Source: Nanobdellota archaeon (GTDB lineage Archaea; Nanobdellota; Nanobdellia; Parvarchaeales; Parvarchaeaceae). Taken from it: a DNA stretch of 62,658 nucleotides. The stretch is taken from NCBI GenBank assembly GCA_021810345.1, contig JAJZIX010000004.1, forward strand, positions 1 through 62,658, in the 5' to 3' direction. Below, one piece after another: positions 17,444 to 26,491 of the stretch (position 1 is its first letter; each line of letters starts with the position of its first letter). The notes beneath the pieces were generated by a model. That model saw nothing but the letters and a program-made list of their open reading frames with translations. It ran no database searches and was not told where the DNA came from. The translations under genes were made by a program, and so were the position numbers.

Positions 17444-18178
17444 ATGCTATACTTAATTGGTACGGGATTGTTCTATTTAAATGATTTGCCGCTCAGAGCG
17501 GTGGATCTGCTCAGCAAGGCGGATGAAGTGTTCATGGAAAATTACACGAACCTGATAGATATGAGCTTTTTAGGTCCGCTTGAAAAGACAATAGGCAAAA
17601 AAATAACCCTGATAGGCAGGGAAGAAACGGAAAATGAATCGATACTGGCTGATGCCGACAAAAAGACAGTATGCTTGCTAGTGCCCGGGGATCCGCTTGC
17701 TGCAACGACACATATGTCCCTGATATTGGCCTGCAGAAAAAGCGGCATAAAAACTAGAGTAGTGCATGCGTCGAGCATCTTCTCCGCAATAGCAGAGACT
17801 GGGCTGTCGCTCTACAAGTTCGGCGCGACAGTAAGCATCCCCTTATACGAGAAGAACTTCACCCCGGACAGCTTCTTTGATGGCATAAAGAACAATCTTG
17901 ATAAAGGGTTCCATACCCTTGTACTTCTCGAGGCAAGAAGCGAAAAGGAGTTCGTAGATGCAAATACAGCCGTCGAACTGATAAAAAACATAGAAAAAAG
18001 GAAGGGACTGAGGATCATAGACTGGAGAAACGTGCTGTACGCATCAAGGCTCGGAAGCGATGAAAGCAAGATAGGCTTCACTGAAAAACTTGACGTCGAC
18101 CTTAAACCCCCGATTTCACTCGTCATTCCTGGCAGGCTTAACGAAATTGAGAAGGAAGCGCTTGATAGCATCAACTAA
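17444..18178 (+). CDS. dphB: Diphthine synthase
   Basis: 244 aa. MLYLIGTGL...DEVFMENYT...VCLLVPGDPLAATTH is the tetrapyrrole-methylase-fold Dph5 signature. Confidence 0.92.
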   Translation: MLYLIGTGLFYLNDLPLRAVDLLSKADEVFMENYTNLIDMSFLGPLEKTIGKKITLIGREETENESILADADKKTVCLLVPGDPLAATTHMSLILACRKSGIKTRVVHASSIFSAIAETGLSLYKFGATVSIPLYEKNFTPDSFFDGIKNNLDKGFHTLVLLEARSEKEFVDANTAVELIKNIEKRKGLRIIDWRNVLYASRLGSDESKIGFTEKLDVDLKPPISLVIPGRLNEIEKEALDSIN

Positions 18179-19046
18179 CGGACACTGGCATCGGTGAGGA
18201 TTCTACGCAGTAGTTGTACCCTGCACTGATATTTATATCGGCCCCTGTCGTATATCCTGAAGCCGCAGTCACTGGCTGTGTCTCCAACTGTATTGGAAAT
18301 GGAGAAATCAGCTTGCCGGAACTAAAATTGAGCTGGTAGCTGCTCGAGCTTAGATTCACAAAACCGTGTACAGGAATAACCGCACCCGAGGCGCTTGTGT
18401 AGTACACTGTCAAGCCGCCCACTGCAATATCAAGCCATTTCAAGCCGGAAGTCGAACCCAAAGCCCCGCTCTGGCTTGCTGATATATAGTAAGTGCTGTT
18501 GGTTGGAGTAGGCGGCGCAGTTACGATGTCAGCCAGTCCGTCAACCGACAAAGAGAGCGGCGTAAAGGATGATGAAGATTCAAATCCAGACGGCGGAGTG
18601 CCGGAGAAAGAAGGGTTTTTGAGCGTTATTGGGTAATTGGTGAAAGAAACCGAATTGAAGCACGCCATGAACGTTATAGAGCAGCTTGTCGAGCTTGAAG
18701 AAGAGAAGTTCCAAACGAGGGAAGAGGACGAACCCGGATAAACCTCAACGTATTTCTTTGCAAGTGGGAGAAATGCACAGCCAAACGAGGTGAGCGACAC
18801 GTTGATAGGATCAGGTGAGTAATCGTATACGGATGAGATTATCTTCATGTTCTGTTGCGGGTACAGATTCAGCAGGTTTGAGGTCGATGAAACGGAAAGG
18901 GCTATCGGCACGGTGCTGTTGTAAAGAGCTGGCTGCGAATGAAAGTTGAGGTAACCTGCATTGTACATGTACGCAATCGCTACAATTGCTATGACAACCA
19001 CCGCTAAAATGGCGATTCCTGAACCTCCCTGAGATCTTTTGTGCAT
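18171..19046 (-). CDS. Surface paralogue 1 (fifth gene of operon): anchored Ser/Thr/Asn-rich protein
   Basis: 291 aa. N-terminus MHKRSQGGSGIAILAVVVIAIVAIAY. C-terminal AGYNYCVESSPMP. Many N-x-S/T sequons. Confidence 0.7.
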   Translation of the reverse strand: MHKRSQGGSGIAILAVVVIAIVAIAYMYNAGYLNFHSQPALYNSTVPIALSVSSTSNLLNLYPQQNMKIISSVYDYSPDPINVSLTSFGCAFLPLAKKYVEVYPGSSSSLVWNFSSSSSTSCSITFMACFNSVSFTNYPITLKNPSFSGTPPSGFESSSSFTPLSLSVDGLADIVTAPPTPTNSTYYISASQSGALGSTSGLKWLDIAVGGLTVYYTSASGAVIPVHGFVNLSSSSYQLNFSSGKLISPFPIQLETQPVTAASGYTTGADINISAGYNYCVESSPMPVSVS

Positions 19047-19047
19047 A

Positions 19048-19980
19048 TCAACCGCAGTCTATTATATTTGGAGACCCCTGTACATAGAAAAAATAATTAT
19101 ATTTCACTGCAATATTTACCAAATCCTGCGTTGTGGCCGTTATATTCCTTGCGGTTATCTCGATTGGCAGCCCACTGGCCAGAAGTGGCATATAAACGTT
19201 ATTAATCTGCGCAGTCAAAAGGCCCCCGGGGGATGAGGTAAAATCCACCTTCTGACCATTGTAGAATACAAATGCCGATGCTATGCCGCCGTTGAAGGAG
19301 GTATTCGATATTGATATGTATATGCTGCTGATGTCGTCATTAGGAGTTCCTGATGTTATCTCGGTGTAGGGGGCCCCACCCGCGTATGTCGAGTTTGAGA
19401 AGACTATGTTTATGTTACTCTCCGGGACTGTCGACGGAAGCTGCGTCTCTATCGAGATTGGATTGGCGATTATCGGAATGAACCCCTGCATGCTGTTATT
19501 ATATATAGATACTGGAATCAGTTTGCTGGCTGTACCATAGGGGTACGTCACAACAGAAGTCGTGAAATTGTCCCAAAATGACGGCACAGCGACTGAAAAT
19601 ATGTAAGTTGACTGGCCTGAGTTTGTCAGGCATGTCACATTGAACGAAGATGAACTGGATGAGGGCATTGACGCGGGCATATAGATGCTGCGGTATGGCG
19701 TCGATGTCGACACGTACGCCGGCTCGCCAAGGCTCAGCGAAACGTTTGCAGTTAGAGTCTGGCTGAACGGATTATAGAAATCCAGAAGTATTGATGAAGA
19801 ATGCCCCTTGAGTATCTGCCCGGACGGAGAGACCGCAGACACGGTAAAGGCACCGGGCTTCGATGCTGAATGCGAAGAGGCAATGTTACCGATTCCGTGG
19901 TAGGCAATTATTACTATAATTATTGCAACAACAAGCAGGATCAAAAAAATCATGCTCCTATTTTGGCCTAGCCTATCCAT
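19048..19980 (-). CDS. Surface paralogue 2 (fourth gene of operon)
   Basis: 310 aa. N-terminus MDRLGQNRSMIFLILLVVAIIIVIIAY. C-terminal AVKYNYFFYVQGSP...DCG. Confidence 0.7.
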   Translation of the reverse strand: MDRLGQNRSMIFLILLVVAIIIVIIAYHGIGNIASSHSASKPGAFTVSAVSPSGQILKGHSSSILLDFYNPFSQTLTANVSLSLGEPAYVSTSTPYRSIYMPASMPSSSSSSFNVTCLTNSGQSTYIFSVAVPSFWDNFTTSVVTYPYGTASKLIPVSIYNNSMQGFIPIIANPISIETQLPSTVPESNINIVFSNSTYAGGAPYTEITSGTPNDDISSIYISISNTSFNGGIASAFVFYNGQKVDFTSSPGGLLTAQINNVYMPLLASGLPIEITARNITATTQDLVNIAVKYNYFFYVQGSPNIIDCG

Positions 19981-20015
19981 ATCTCATATTATTGGGCTTA
20001 TTGTATTTAAGCATT

Positions 20016-20942
20016 TTAAGAATAAGTATAAGTTTCGGCGCTCAGATAAATTGGGAAAAACCCATCCTCCTCATAATTGTAAGAGAGAGCAACATGCACG
20101 TCAAATGGGGGTGAATAAGGCGCAGATGTTGAAGTAAGGCCGCTCATTTCAGCCGGGTTGAGTCCAATCGGCATTTCCATAGTTAGGCCGCTTGTCCCAA
20201 GGTTAAGCAGGAATGAGAACACCGTGGTGCCATTTGGATATGAGAAAACCTTAGCGCCATCTGGGGGGGTTGTTATGTTTATGAATGCGCTGTTCATCGA
20301 GATATTCATTGCAACGGGGCCGAGGACTATCCCGTTTCCAACATTATCGAGTATAAGCTGCAGAAGGGCATCATTTCCGTAAGCGACGGGAGCGACCGAA
20401 GTTGCAACTGCTACAGGGCCTGCAGTCCTGCTAAATGAAGTGGAGGGCATGGTTGCTCCGGATGAAAGAGTATTCTGTGAAGCAAAAATGACCGATTGGG
20501 TAGCTGATGATGTGTACGAGAAGTTTACGAAATACCCGATATCCTGCGTGTATGGAATGTTGCCATATTCGCCTACTGACGGTGATGTAAGAGAGAATGA
20601 TTCGGACAGCACGCCCCCCGCAAAAAGCGATGGGATACCGACGCAGTGTGACGATGAGGAGACAGAAAACAGCCCTAAATCATCAAGGCAAAGATTTATG
20701 TTTTTCGCCGAATTACCAGCAAGGTTATTTGACACCCTGAAATTAATACTAAACGAAGATGATGGGGAGACGAGATTAGGATACGAATAGTTGACTAGGA
20801 CACCTTCTGTGATTGGCAGCGGCGCCGGACCCGGGGAATATGTGAAATACAGAAATGCAGCCACTATTATCAGTATAAAAATAAGCGCAAAAGCCGCTGT
20901 TCCTCCCTGTGCCCCAAGTTTGCCTTCCATGATCAACCGCAT
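20016..20942 (-). CDS. Surface paralogue 3 (third gene of operon)
   Basis: 308 aa. N-terminus (MRLI)MEGKLGAQGGTAAFALIFILIIVAAF. C-terminal ALSYNYEEDGFFP. An alternative start at 20930 would lie 2 nt after the upstream stop. Confidence 0.7.
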   Translation of the reverse strand: MRLIMEGKLGAQGGTAAFALIFILIIVAAFLYFTYSPGPAPLPITEGVLVNYSYPNLVSPSSSFSINFRVSNNLAGNSAKNINLCLDDLGLFSVSSSSHCVGIPSLFAGGVLSESFSLTSPSVGEYGNIPYTQDIGYFVNFSYTSSATQSVIFASQNTLSSGATMPSTSFSRTAGPVAVATSVAPVAYGNDALLQLILDNVGNGIVLGPVAMNISMNSAFINITTPPDGAKVFSYPNGTTVFSFLLNLGTSGLTMEMPIGLNPAEMSGLTSTSAPYSPPFDVHVALSYNYEEDGFFPIYLSAETYTYS

Positions 20943-22402
20943 GCTGTCGTTTGGTTTTGAACTACAAACGGCACATTGAGCCGCTGTATATAATTGTAAT
21001 TAGCATAAGCCAGAACTGGAATCGTGTCAAAATGGAGCCCATTCAGCGTCTGAAGGGCTGGCAGAGTGAAGAAAAAGTTTGAGCTTGACTGCAGAAGCAC
21101 GGGATTTGATATTGTGCAGTTCCAGTAGCCGGAGGGGAAGACAAAGTTTTGCCTCTGCATGCCAGATGAAACCTGGCAGGCCCACAACCCATTCGAAGGA
21201 TTTGTAGCTGGGTTGGAGCTAGACAGGGCTGTGCTTATGAACAAAGATAGAGAGTTCAGGTGGTATCCGCCGGTACCCGAGTTGCCGATGGATAAAGAAA
21301 TCGGGACCGCACCGAGCTTCGTGAGTATAGGCTCCAACGCATCTGTGGACAATTTTACCTGCACTGGCCCCGCGGCAGTAAACGATATCGAAGGCTGCAA
21401 TGGGATTAATGGTGATGATGAAATAAGTTTGGAATCAAAGCTCTGCGACACGAATTCAAGCGGCATTATCGAGGCCGTGCTGTAGTTGAAAACCGTGAAA
21501 TTCAATAGGAGTGAACCTCCTGTTGGGAAAGTTATCGGGGATGATGGACATTTGAACTGCACTAGCGTCGAATTCGTAATCTGTTGGGTCGGAAAAATCT
21601 CCTTGATCAATCCAACGTTTTCAACAACCGGCGGGAATGATTGTGAGGTCGCGGGTGGCTGCTCGAAAGTATTTATAAGGTCCTCACACACAGTTGCTGC
21701 CTGCTTTGAATAAGTATTTCCGCAGGACATATTAACCAGCACATTATTTGGGGTTCCGCCGCCCAATGGGACGTTGGAAGTATCCTTAACGGAATACTCA
21801 AAGCTCTGTGTCTCGGACGTGCCTGTCAAAGTGAGATACTGGTTCGGTGGGACTGTCAAAGCCAAAAATGATGTAAATGTCGGGGTTGCATTTGTGATAG
21901 TGGGCGGTGGTATCTGCGACGCGAATGGGTTTTCGATGAAAGCAAAGCCGCCGACTATACTATTCCAGAGCGAGGAGAAAAGGCTACTTATTTTGCCATA
22001 GGCCGAGCCATAGTGTATCTGCATATACGAATTAACGCTTGCAACCGCCGGGCTATGCGATATATAAGAGTATGCTACCACAAAGATTATAACTATCAAG
22101 ACCAAAAAAGGCAGTACTATCTTTGCAGCCCTTTTGTGTGCCCCAAAATTGAATACTTTGTTCTTAGCCTTCTCCTGCTTTCTAAGCATTTCAGCCTGCA
22201 TCTGGTAGTAAACATCCTGCGACGATTGTGGAGGTGGGATGGCGTTTTTCACTTTGCTGCTTCCAATGCCCTTATACATGGTGCGCACAAACTTGTTCTT
22301 AAGAAGTTTATTTTTTATACGCATTAGGCGCTTCTGGGTACCTTTCCCACTGCTTTTTTCGCCTTTATCAAGATCCTCGGCATTATTTATAATATCTGCC
22401 AT
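20933..22402 (-). CDS. Surface paralogue 4 (second gene): basic cytoplasmic N-terminal region of about 95 aa, one TM helix, large extracellular domain
   Basis: 489 aa. TM helix IVLPFLVLIVIIFVVAYSYI. C-terminal AYANYNYIQRLNVP...ACG. Confidence 0.7.
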   Translation of the reverse strand: MADIINNAEDLDKGEKSSGKGTQKRLMRIKNKLLKNKFVRTMYKGIGSSKVKNAIPPPQSSQDVYYQMQAEMLRKQEKAKNKVFNFGAHKRAAKIVLPFLVLIVIIFVVAYSYISHSPAVASVNSYMQIHYGSAYGKISSLFSSLWNSIVGGFAFIENPFASQIPPPTITNATPTFTSFLALTVPPNQYLTLTGTSETQSFEYSVKDTSNVPLGGGTPNNVLVNMSCGNTYSKQAATVCEDLINTFEQPPATSQSFPPVVENVGLIKEIFPTQQITNSTLVQFKCPSSPITFPTGGSLLLNFTVFNYSTASIMPLEFVSQSFDSKLISSSPLIPLQPSISFTAAGPVQVKLSTDALEPILTKLGAVPISLSIGNSGTGGYHLNSLSLFISTALSSSNPATNPSNGLWACQVSSGMQRQNFVFPSGYWNCTISNPVLLQSSSNFFFTLPALQTLNGLHFDTIPVLAYANYNYIQRLNVPFVVQNQTTACG

Positions 22403-22434
22403 ATCTAACCCTACTCATCGAGTCCTTATAAAAG

Positions 22435-23637
22435 TTAAGAGAAAGTGGAAATCGAAAGGTACTGTGGTATAATGAGCCCATTGGTGGAGACAGTTATTGT
22501 TCCAGTGTAATTTCCATTGGCGTTGTTGCCGGATAGGTAGTAGGATGGGAAGATCATCACGTTCTCCCCTGCGGTCAAATTAGAGCTTGGTATAGTGTAC
22601 TTATAGCCAGACGGGTAAAAGGAAAAAGTAACGCTGCCGCTGTAAAGTATCTGATTGAGGTAAAACACCGACTCATATTCCGTTGAGCTTGAAACGACTG
22701 AAAAGGGGAAGGTGACATTGTTGTATTTTATCTGTGGCAGACTATATACAAGCTCTGCGTTTGATATCTCGTAGTGAACTCCTTTTGAAGGCACGAATCC
22801 GACATTAAACGTTACCGGCAGAACAACGGAAGATGACTGCGGTATTGCAGCAGAAACTACACTTTGCGGTATAGTCACATTCTCTGTGCTATCGCTACCA
22901 CTGGATATCTGCGATATCACGTTGTTGTTGACTGTGATATTCAAGTTGCCCGTACCTATTGGTGAATAGCTGATAGTGTAGAGTCCAAGCCCGCTTAGTG
23001 TCAAGACTTTGACGGGGACTATGTTTGCTGCAAGGTTAGAGGTGGACTGCACGAAAGCCACACTGGAGAAAGACGCAGACTGCCAAAATGCAAACCCATT
23101 GAGTGAGACCACCATTGAAAGGCTGTTTGATTTATTTGATACCGTCGGCAGCTCTAAGTAAAGCACGGATCCGGAGGATAGTATGTTAGATGCAAACTTG
23201 TTGCCATTGAGCGAAACCGTAAGTCTAGGGTTTCCAGAGACAGAAGCCACGTGAACAACCAATAGGTACTGGTCTGATTGGCTCCCATTGAAGTTAATAG
23301 TATAGGAGGAAGATCCGAATATTGACGCGGAAAGCGAGAACTGTGTCTTATTCAGAAGAGTCACGTTTTTCTGCAGGTAAGAGACACCAAATGTCCCTAT
23401 CTGGTAATTAAAGCTTTTCCCGCTAGATATACCACCAATATAGCTTGTGAATGGATAATAGAATGAGCCAGGGGGGTGCGAGGAGGTTACGTTTGCTGGC
23501 GCAGGTGTTGTAGTATTGCCGGATATAAGATTATAAGCAGTCTGTGGGGGTACCATCAGCAGATATACTATTATGAACCCTATCATTGCTATAATGAGCA
23601 TGACAACTGCTGGTATTCGCTCTCTTACTTCTGCCAT
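22435..23637 (-). CDS. Anchored Ser/Thr/Asn-rich surface protein (first gene of operon; lacks the YNY motif)
   Basis: 400 aa. N-terminus MAEVRERIPAVVMLIIAMIGFIIVYLLMV. Very high density of N-x-S/T sequons. Confidence 0.7.
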   Translation of the reverse strand: MAEVRERIPAVVMLIIAMIGFIIVYLLMVPPQTAYNLISGNTTTPAPANVTSSHPPGSFYYPFTSYIGGISSGKSFNYQIGTFGVSYLQKNVTLLNKTQFSLSASIFGSSSYTINFNGSQSDQYLLVVHVASVSGNPRLTVSLNGNKFASNILSSGSVLYLELPTVSNKSNSLSMVVSLNGFAFWQSASFSSVAFVQSTSNLAANIVPVKVLTLSGLGLYTISYSPIGTGNLNITVNNNVISQISSGSDSTENVTIPQSVVSAAIPQSSSVVLPVTFNVGFVPSKGVHYEISNAELVYSLPQIKYNNVTFPFSVVSSSTEYESVFYLNQILYSGSVTFSFYPSGYKYTIPSSNLTAGENVMIFPSYYLSGNNANGNYTGTITVSTNGLIIPQYLSISTFS

Positions 23638-23658
23638 AATCTATTTACTACACTAAAA

Positions 23659-23666
23659 TATATAAA
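23659..23666 (-). promoter_or_regulatory. TATA box (TTTATATA on minus strand) for the surface-protein operon; implies a leaderless or near-leaderless mRNA
   Basis: Minus strand reads GGTTTATATATTTTAG. The box ends 22 nt upstream of the ATG at 23637, matching the usual archaeal TATA-to-TSS spacing. Confidence 0.35.
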
Positions 23667-23707
23667 CCTATCTGCTAACAAAAAACTCCCGAAAACTACA
23701 ATTTTTC

Positions 23708-23989
23708 TCAGGAGGTGAAATGCTCGGCCAGCTCCCGCGGCACGGAAAAAAAGCCCATTTTTACGCCTGCGTCTATGTAGCTCCAGCTTATCGTGATTGC
23801 TTCAAAGGCCCTCACATAATCTTTTTTTTCGAAGAAGAAAAGCGAATCCTTGTAATAATTGCTTGCCATGTCAAAGAACTCTGTCGCCTTCTTCGATTCC
23901 TCCGATAGTTTAAGCCCTTCGAAGACCTTCTTCATGGTCTCCTTCTCCTTCACAACGCGCTGCATCAGCTCTTCATCAACCATAATCAT
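23708..23989 (-). CDS. DUF357-like small helical protein
   Basis: 93 aa. YYKDSLFFFEKKDYVRAFEAITISWSYIDAGVKMGFF resembles the DUF357 core as I recall it. Confidence 0.55.
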   Translation of the reverse strand: MIMVDEELMQRVVKEKETMKKVFEGLKLSEESKKATEFFDMASNYYKDSLFFFEKKDYVRAFEAITISWSYIDAGVKMGFFSVPRELAEHFTS

Positions 23990-24974
23990 TCAAAGACCCC
24001 TGACTCGTATCCAGTTTTTCGACGGCGGAGCTTATCCTGTCGGTTTCAAATCCATGCTCATCGCACATAAATGATACTAATCCCGCTTTGTCTATGCGGC
24101 CCTGGGGAGGTAGCTGTTTAAGCTCTAGGACATTCGGATTCAGGAAATATTCATATATCTCTCTCACATTGTATGAAGACCCGAAATCATAGGCAGCGAG
24201 CAGCTTGTCTACGCTCTCCTTCTTCACCAATGAAAGCGCCTTCTTGGGGCCTATGCCGTTTACACCAGTGTTATAGTCAGTGCCGCTGAAAAGCGCTATT
24301 ACGATCAGCTTTTCTCTGGTTATGCCGAGTTTCTTAAGTGAGTTTTCACTCTCAAAAATCTCAGGATTGACGCCAGTTGTTATGCCTTTTCTGGAGATCT
24401 TCCTGCGGTTAGTTATATTAAGGTTCCTGACGACTCGCTTAGCCCCAAAAAGAAACGTATCGTAATCCTGCGAAGCGGCTGCATAGACCAATGAATCTGC
24501 GCTTAGCTTTGCTGCCTGTGCTTCTCCTTCGGCCGGCGCCTGCACAACCGGTATACCCAAAAGTGACAGAAGCTGCTTTGATGAGTCAACGATGTAATTG
24601 TCTATATAAGCCGCCCTCTTGAGGTACATCGCTTTTTCCTCGTTTGTGCTTGCTGCTTCCGACTTTGAAAGCGCTTCCTTCTTCATAGTCTGCCTCTCTT
24701 CCAATGTTTTTTTCTTGAACTTTGGGGCTTCTCCATCAAAAACAAAAACGGGTTTTATCCTGTTGTAAAGCAAGTTCATTGACCGGTAAAAAAGCCCATT
24801 CAAGTGAGTAGTGACTCTTCCCTGTTTATCCGTTAGATAGGAACCATCCGCAAGCCTTATCGTCGTAAGAAACTGAAATATCCAGTTGAAAGCATCTACC
24901 GCTATAGTTTTCCCCGCAAGGTCACTTAGGCTTATATCCTTACCACTCATTATGGCCTTTAATTTCGTGCCCAT
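23976..24974 (-). CDS. fen: Flap endonuclease 1
   Basis: 332 aa. IAVDAFNWIFQFL, VFVFDGEAP, APAEGEAQAA, SQDYDTFLFG, and H3TH GTDYN.GV.GIGPKKA. Confidence 0.93.
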   Translation of the reverse strand: MGTKLKAIMSGKDISLSDLAGKTIAVDAFNWIFQFLTTIRLADGSYLTDKQGRVTTHLNGLFYRSMNLLYNRIKPVFVFDGEAPKFKKKTLEERQTMKKEALSKSEAASTNEEKAMYLKRAAYIDNYIVDSSKQLLSLLGIPVVQAPAEGEAQAAKLSADSLVYAAASQDYDTFLFGAKRVVRNLNITNRRKISRKGITTGVNPEIFESENSLKKLGITREKLIVIALFSGTDYNTGVNGIGPKKALSLVKKESVDKLLAAYDFGSSYNVREIYEYFLNPNVLELKQLPPQGRIDKAGLVSFMCDEHGFETDRISSAVEKLDTSQGSLNDYG

Positions 24975-24975
24975 A

Positions 24976-25869
24976 TCACGCGGTAGTTACTATTATTTCC
25001 GAACCGTCAAAAAGGATGGTGTGCTCAAACTGTGACACCATCCCGTCGTTTTTCTCCTTAAGAACATGGAATTCAGACAACGCACCTGCAGCTACCAGCG
25101 ATTTAAGCTCAAGCTCTGCCACCCTGCCGAATTTTTTGATTATCCAGCGCTTTGCGAACGGAAGTTTATTGTACTCGCTGCTTATGAATTCCAATATCTC
25201 TCTGCCAAGTGCGCTTCTCACTGGTTTTTGCTCTTCAAACCCGAGTATCTGAACTTCGGAGCTATCGACAACGTACCCTCCGCCAGTTGTTGCAAATGGT
25301 TCTATTGCTATTACCCCTTCTCTTTTGAGTGGCCTCGAGTAGCTGCCGGAGATATTTGGTATGAACCCTTCCTCATGCAAATCATACCTGCCTATTCCAT
25401 GGCCCCCCAGGTTGACTATTGGCGAGAAACCATGCGATTTTATGATTCTTTCGATTACAGAGCCTATGTCGTTCACGTCAACACCTGGCTTTGCGATCTT
25501 TAGAGCTTCGGATAGCGCTTCTCTTGATGCTTTAACGAGATCATTGTCATCTCCCCCTACAACCGTAGTTGCCGCAGTATCTGACAGGTACCCATCAACG
25601 CTGGCGCCGACATCCACTTTCAGTATGTCTCCTTTCTCAAGTACTTTGTCATCCTCAAACCGGGGAGTATAATGCGCAGCTATCTGGTTCACCGAAAGAT
25701 TCGGCGGAAACGACGGCTTCGCGCCCATGTCACTTATTTTCTTCTCTATCGCCTCTGCAACATCAAGAAGCTTGGCACCTGGCTTTGCGGCGGCTATGCC
25801 GGTTTCTCGCGCTTCCTTGCCTATTTTTCCGGCAAGAAGCCATTTTTGTTTCTCTCCTGTTTCCATCAA
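24976..25869 (-). CDS. map: Methionine aminopeptidase, type 2 (archaeal)
   Basis: 297 aa. AHYTP, DILKVDVGASVDGYLSDTA, GHGIGRYDLHE, AIEPFATTG and QFEHTI metal-ligand contexts. Confidence 0.92.
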   Translation of the reverse strand: MMETGEKQKWLLAGKIGKEARETGIAAAKPGAKLLDVAEAIEKKISDMGAKPSFPPNLSVNQIAAHYTPRFEDDKVLEKGDILKVDVGASVDGYLSDTAATTVVGGDDNDLVKASREALSEALKIAKPGVDVNDIGSVIERIIKSHGFSPIVNLGGHGIGRYDLHEEGFIPNISGSYSRPLKREGVIAIEPFATTGGGYVVDSSEVQILGFEEQKPVRSALGREILEFISSEYNKLPFAKRWIIKKFGRVAELELKSLVAAGALSEFHVLKEKNDGMVSQFEHTILFDGSEIIVTTA

Positions 25870-25877
25870 TATACTCT

Positions 25878-26447
25878 CTAAAGTCTAAACTCTGTATCCA
25901 TGAAACTCCTGAGCTTGTCCATGAACAATTTGCTTATACCATCTTCACTGATTACAACAAAAATCGCCTTCTCATTTTTTTCGTGTATAACCGATGAAAC
26001 ATAATGAACGAACTTTAGCAGATCGTTCTCTGAGTTGTATATAAGGAAAGAAGTTACCGAATCTATCAGCACCAAGACATTTTTCTTTGAATCTAGGACC
26101 TTCTCCATTGAAATCCCAAGAGCAGTCAATTCCCCGGGAGAATTGAGAAATATGCAGTTCTCGATGTCTCTGTCCGCTCCACTGAACATGCTCTTTGTAA
26201 TGGTATCAATAAGCGTGTAATCTACAATCCCAGCGCTTTTTAGTTGAGGTACTATAATGTGGGAAGGCAGGCTGCTGGTTATGTAGACTAAAGAAAGTGA
26301 ACCTTTGCTTATTGTCGAGAAAACGCTCTGGTAGTTTTTCTCGAGAAAACCCCTGTCCTTTAGCGTCAGCATGCTGACTCCATGCGACAGCAAATCCCCC
26401 ATCACGTTTCCAATATCGACCTGTTCTACCATTGTTTTATCATACAA
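25878..26447 (-). CDS. KaiC/RecA-superfamily-like protein lacking a Walker A motif
   Basis: 189 aa. KaiC-like strand pattern (LVYITSS..., VLVLIDSVTSFL, AIFVVISEDG). No GxxGxGK[ST] anywhere in the protein. Confidence 0.55.
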   Translation of the reverse strand: MYDKTMVEQVDIGNVMGDLLSHGVSMLTLKDRGFLEKNYQSVFSTISKGSLSLVYITSSLPSHIIVPQLKSAGIVDYTLIDTITKSMFSGADRDIENCIFLNSPGELTALGISMEKVLDSKKNVLVLIDSVTSFLIYNSENDLLKFVHYVSSVIHEKNEKAIFVVISEDGISKLFMDKLRSFMDTEFRL

Positions 26448-26491
26448 TTTTTTGGTTATAAGCTTTTTAAATGACAGCGCATTGTGTTTTT

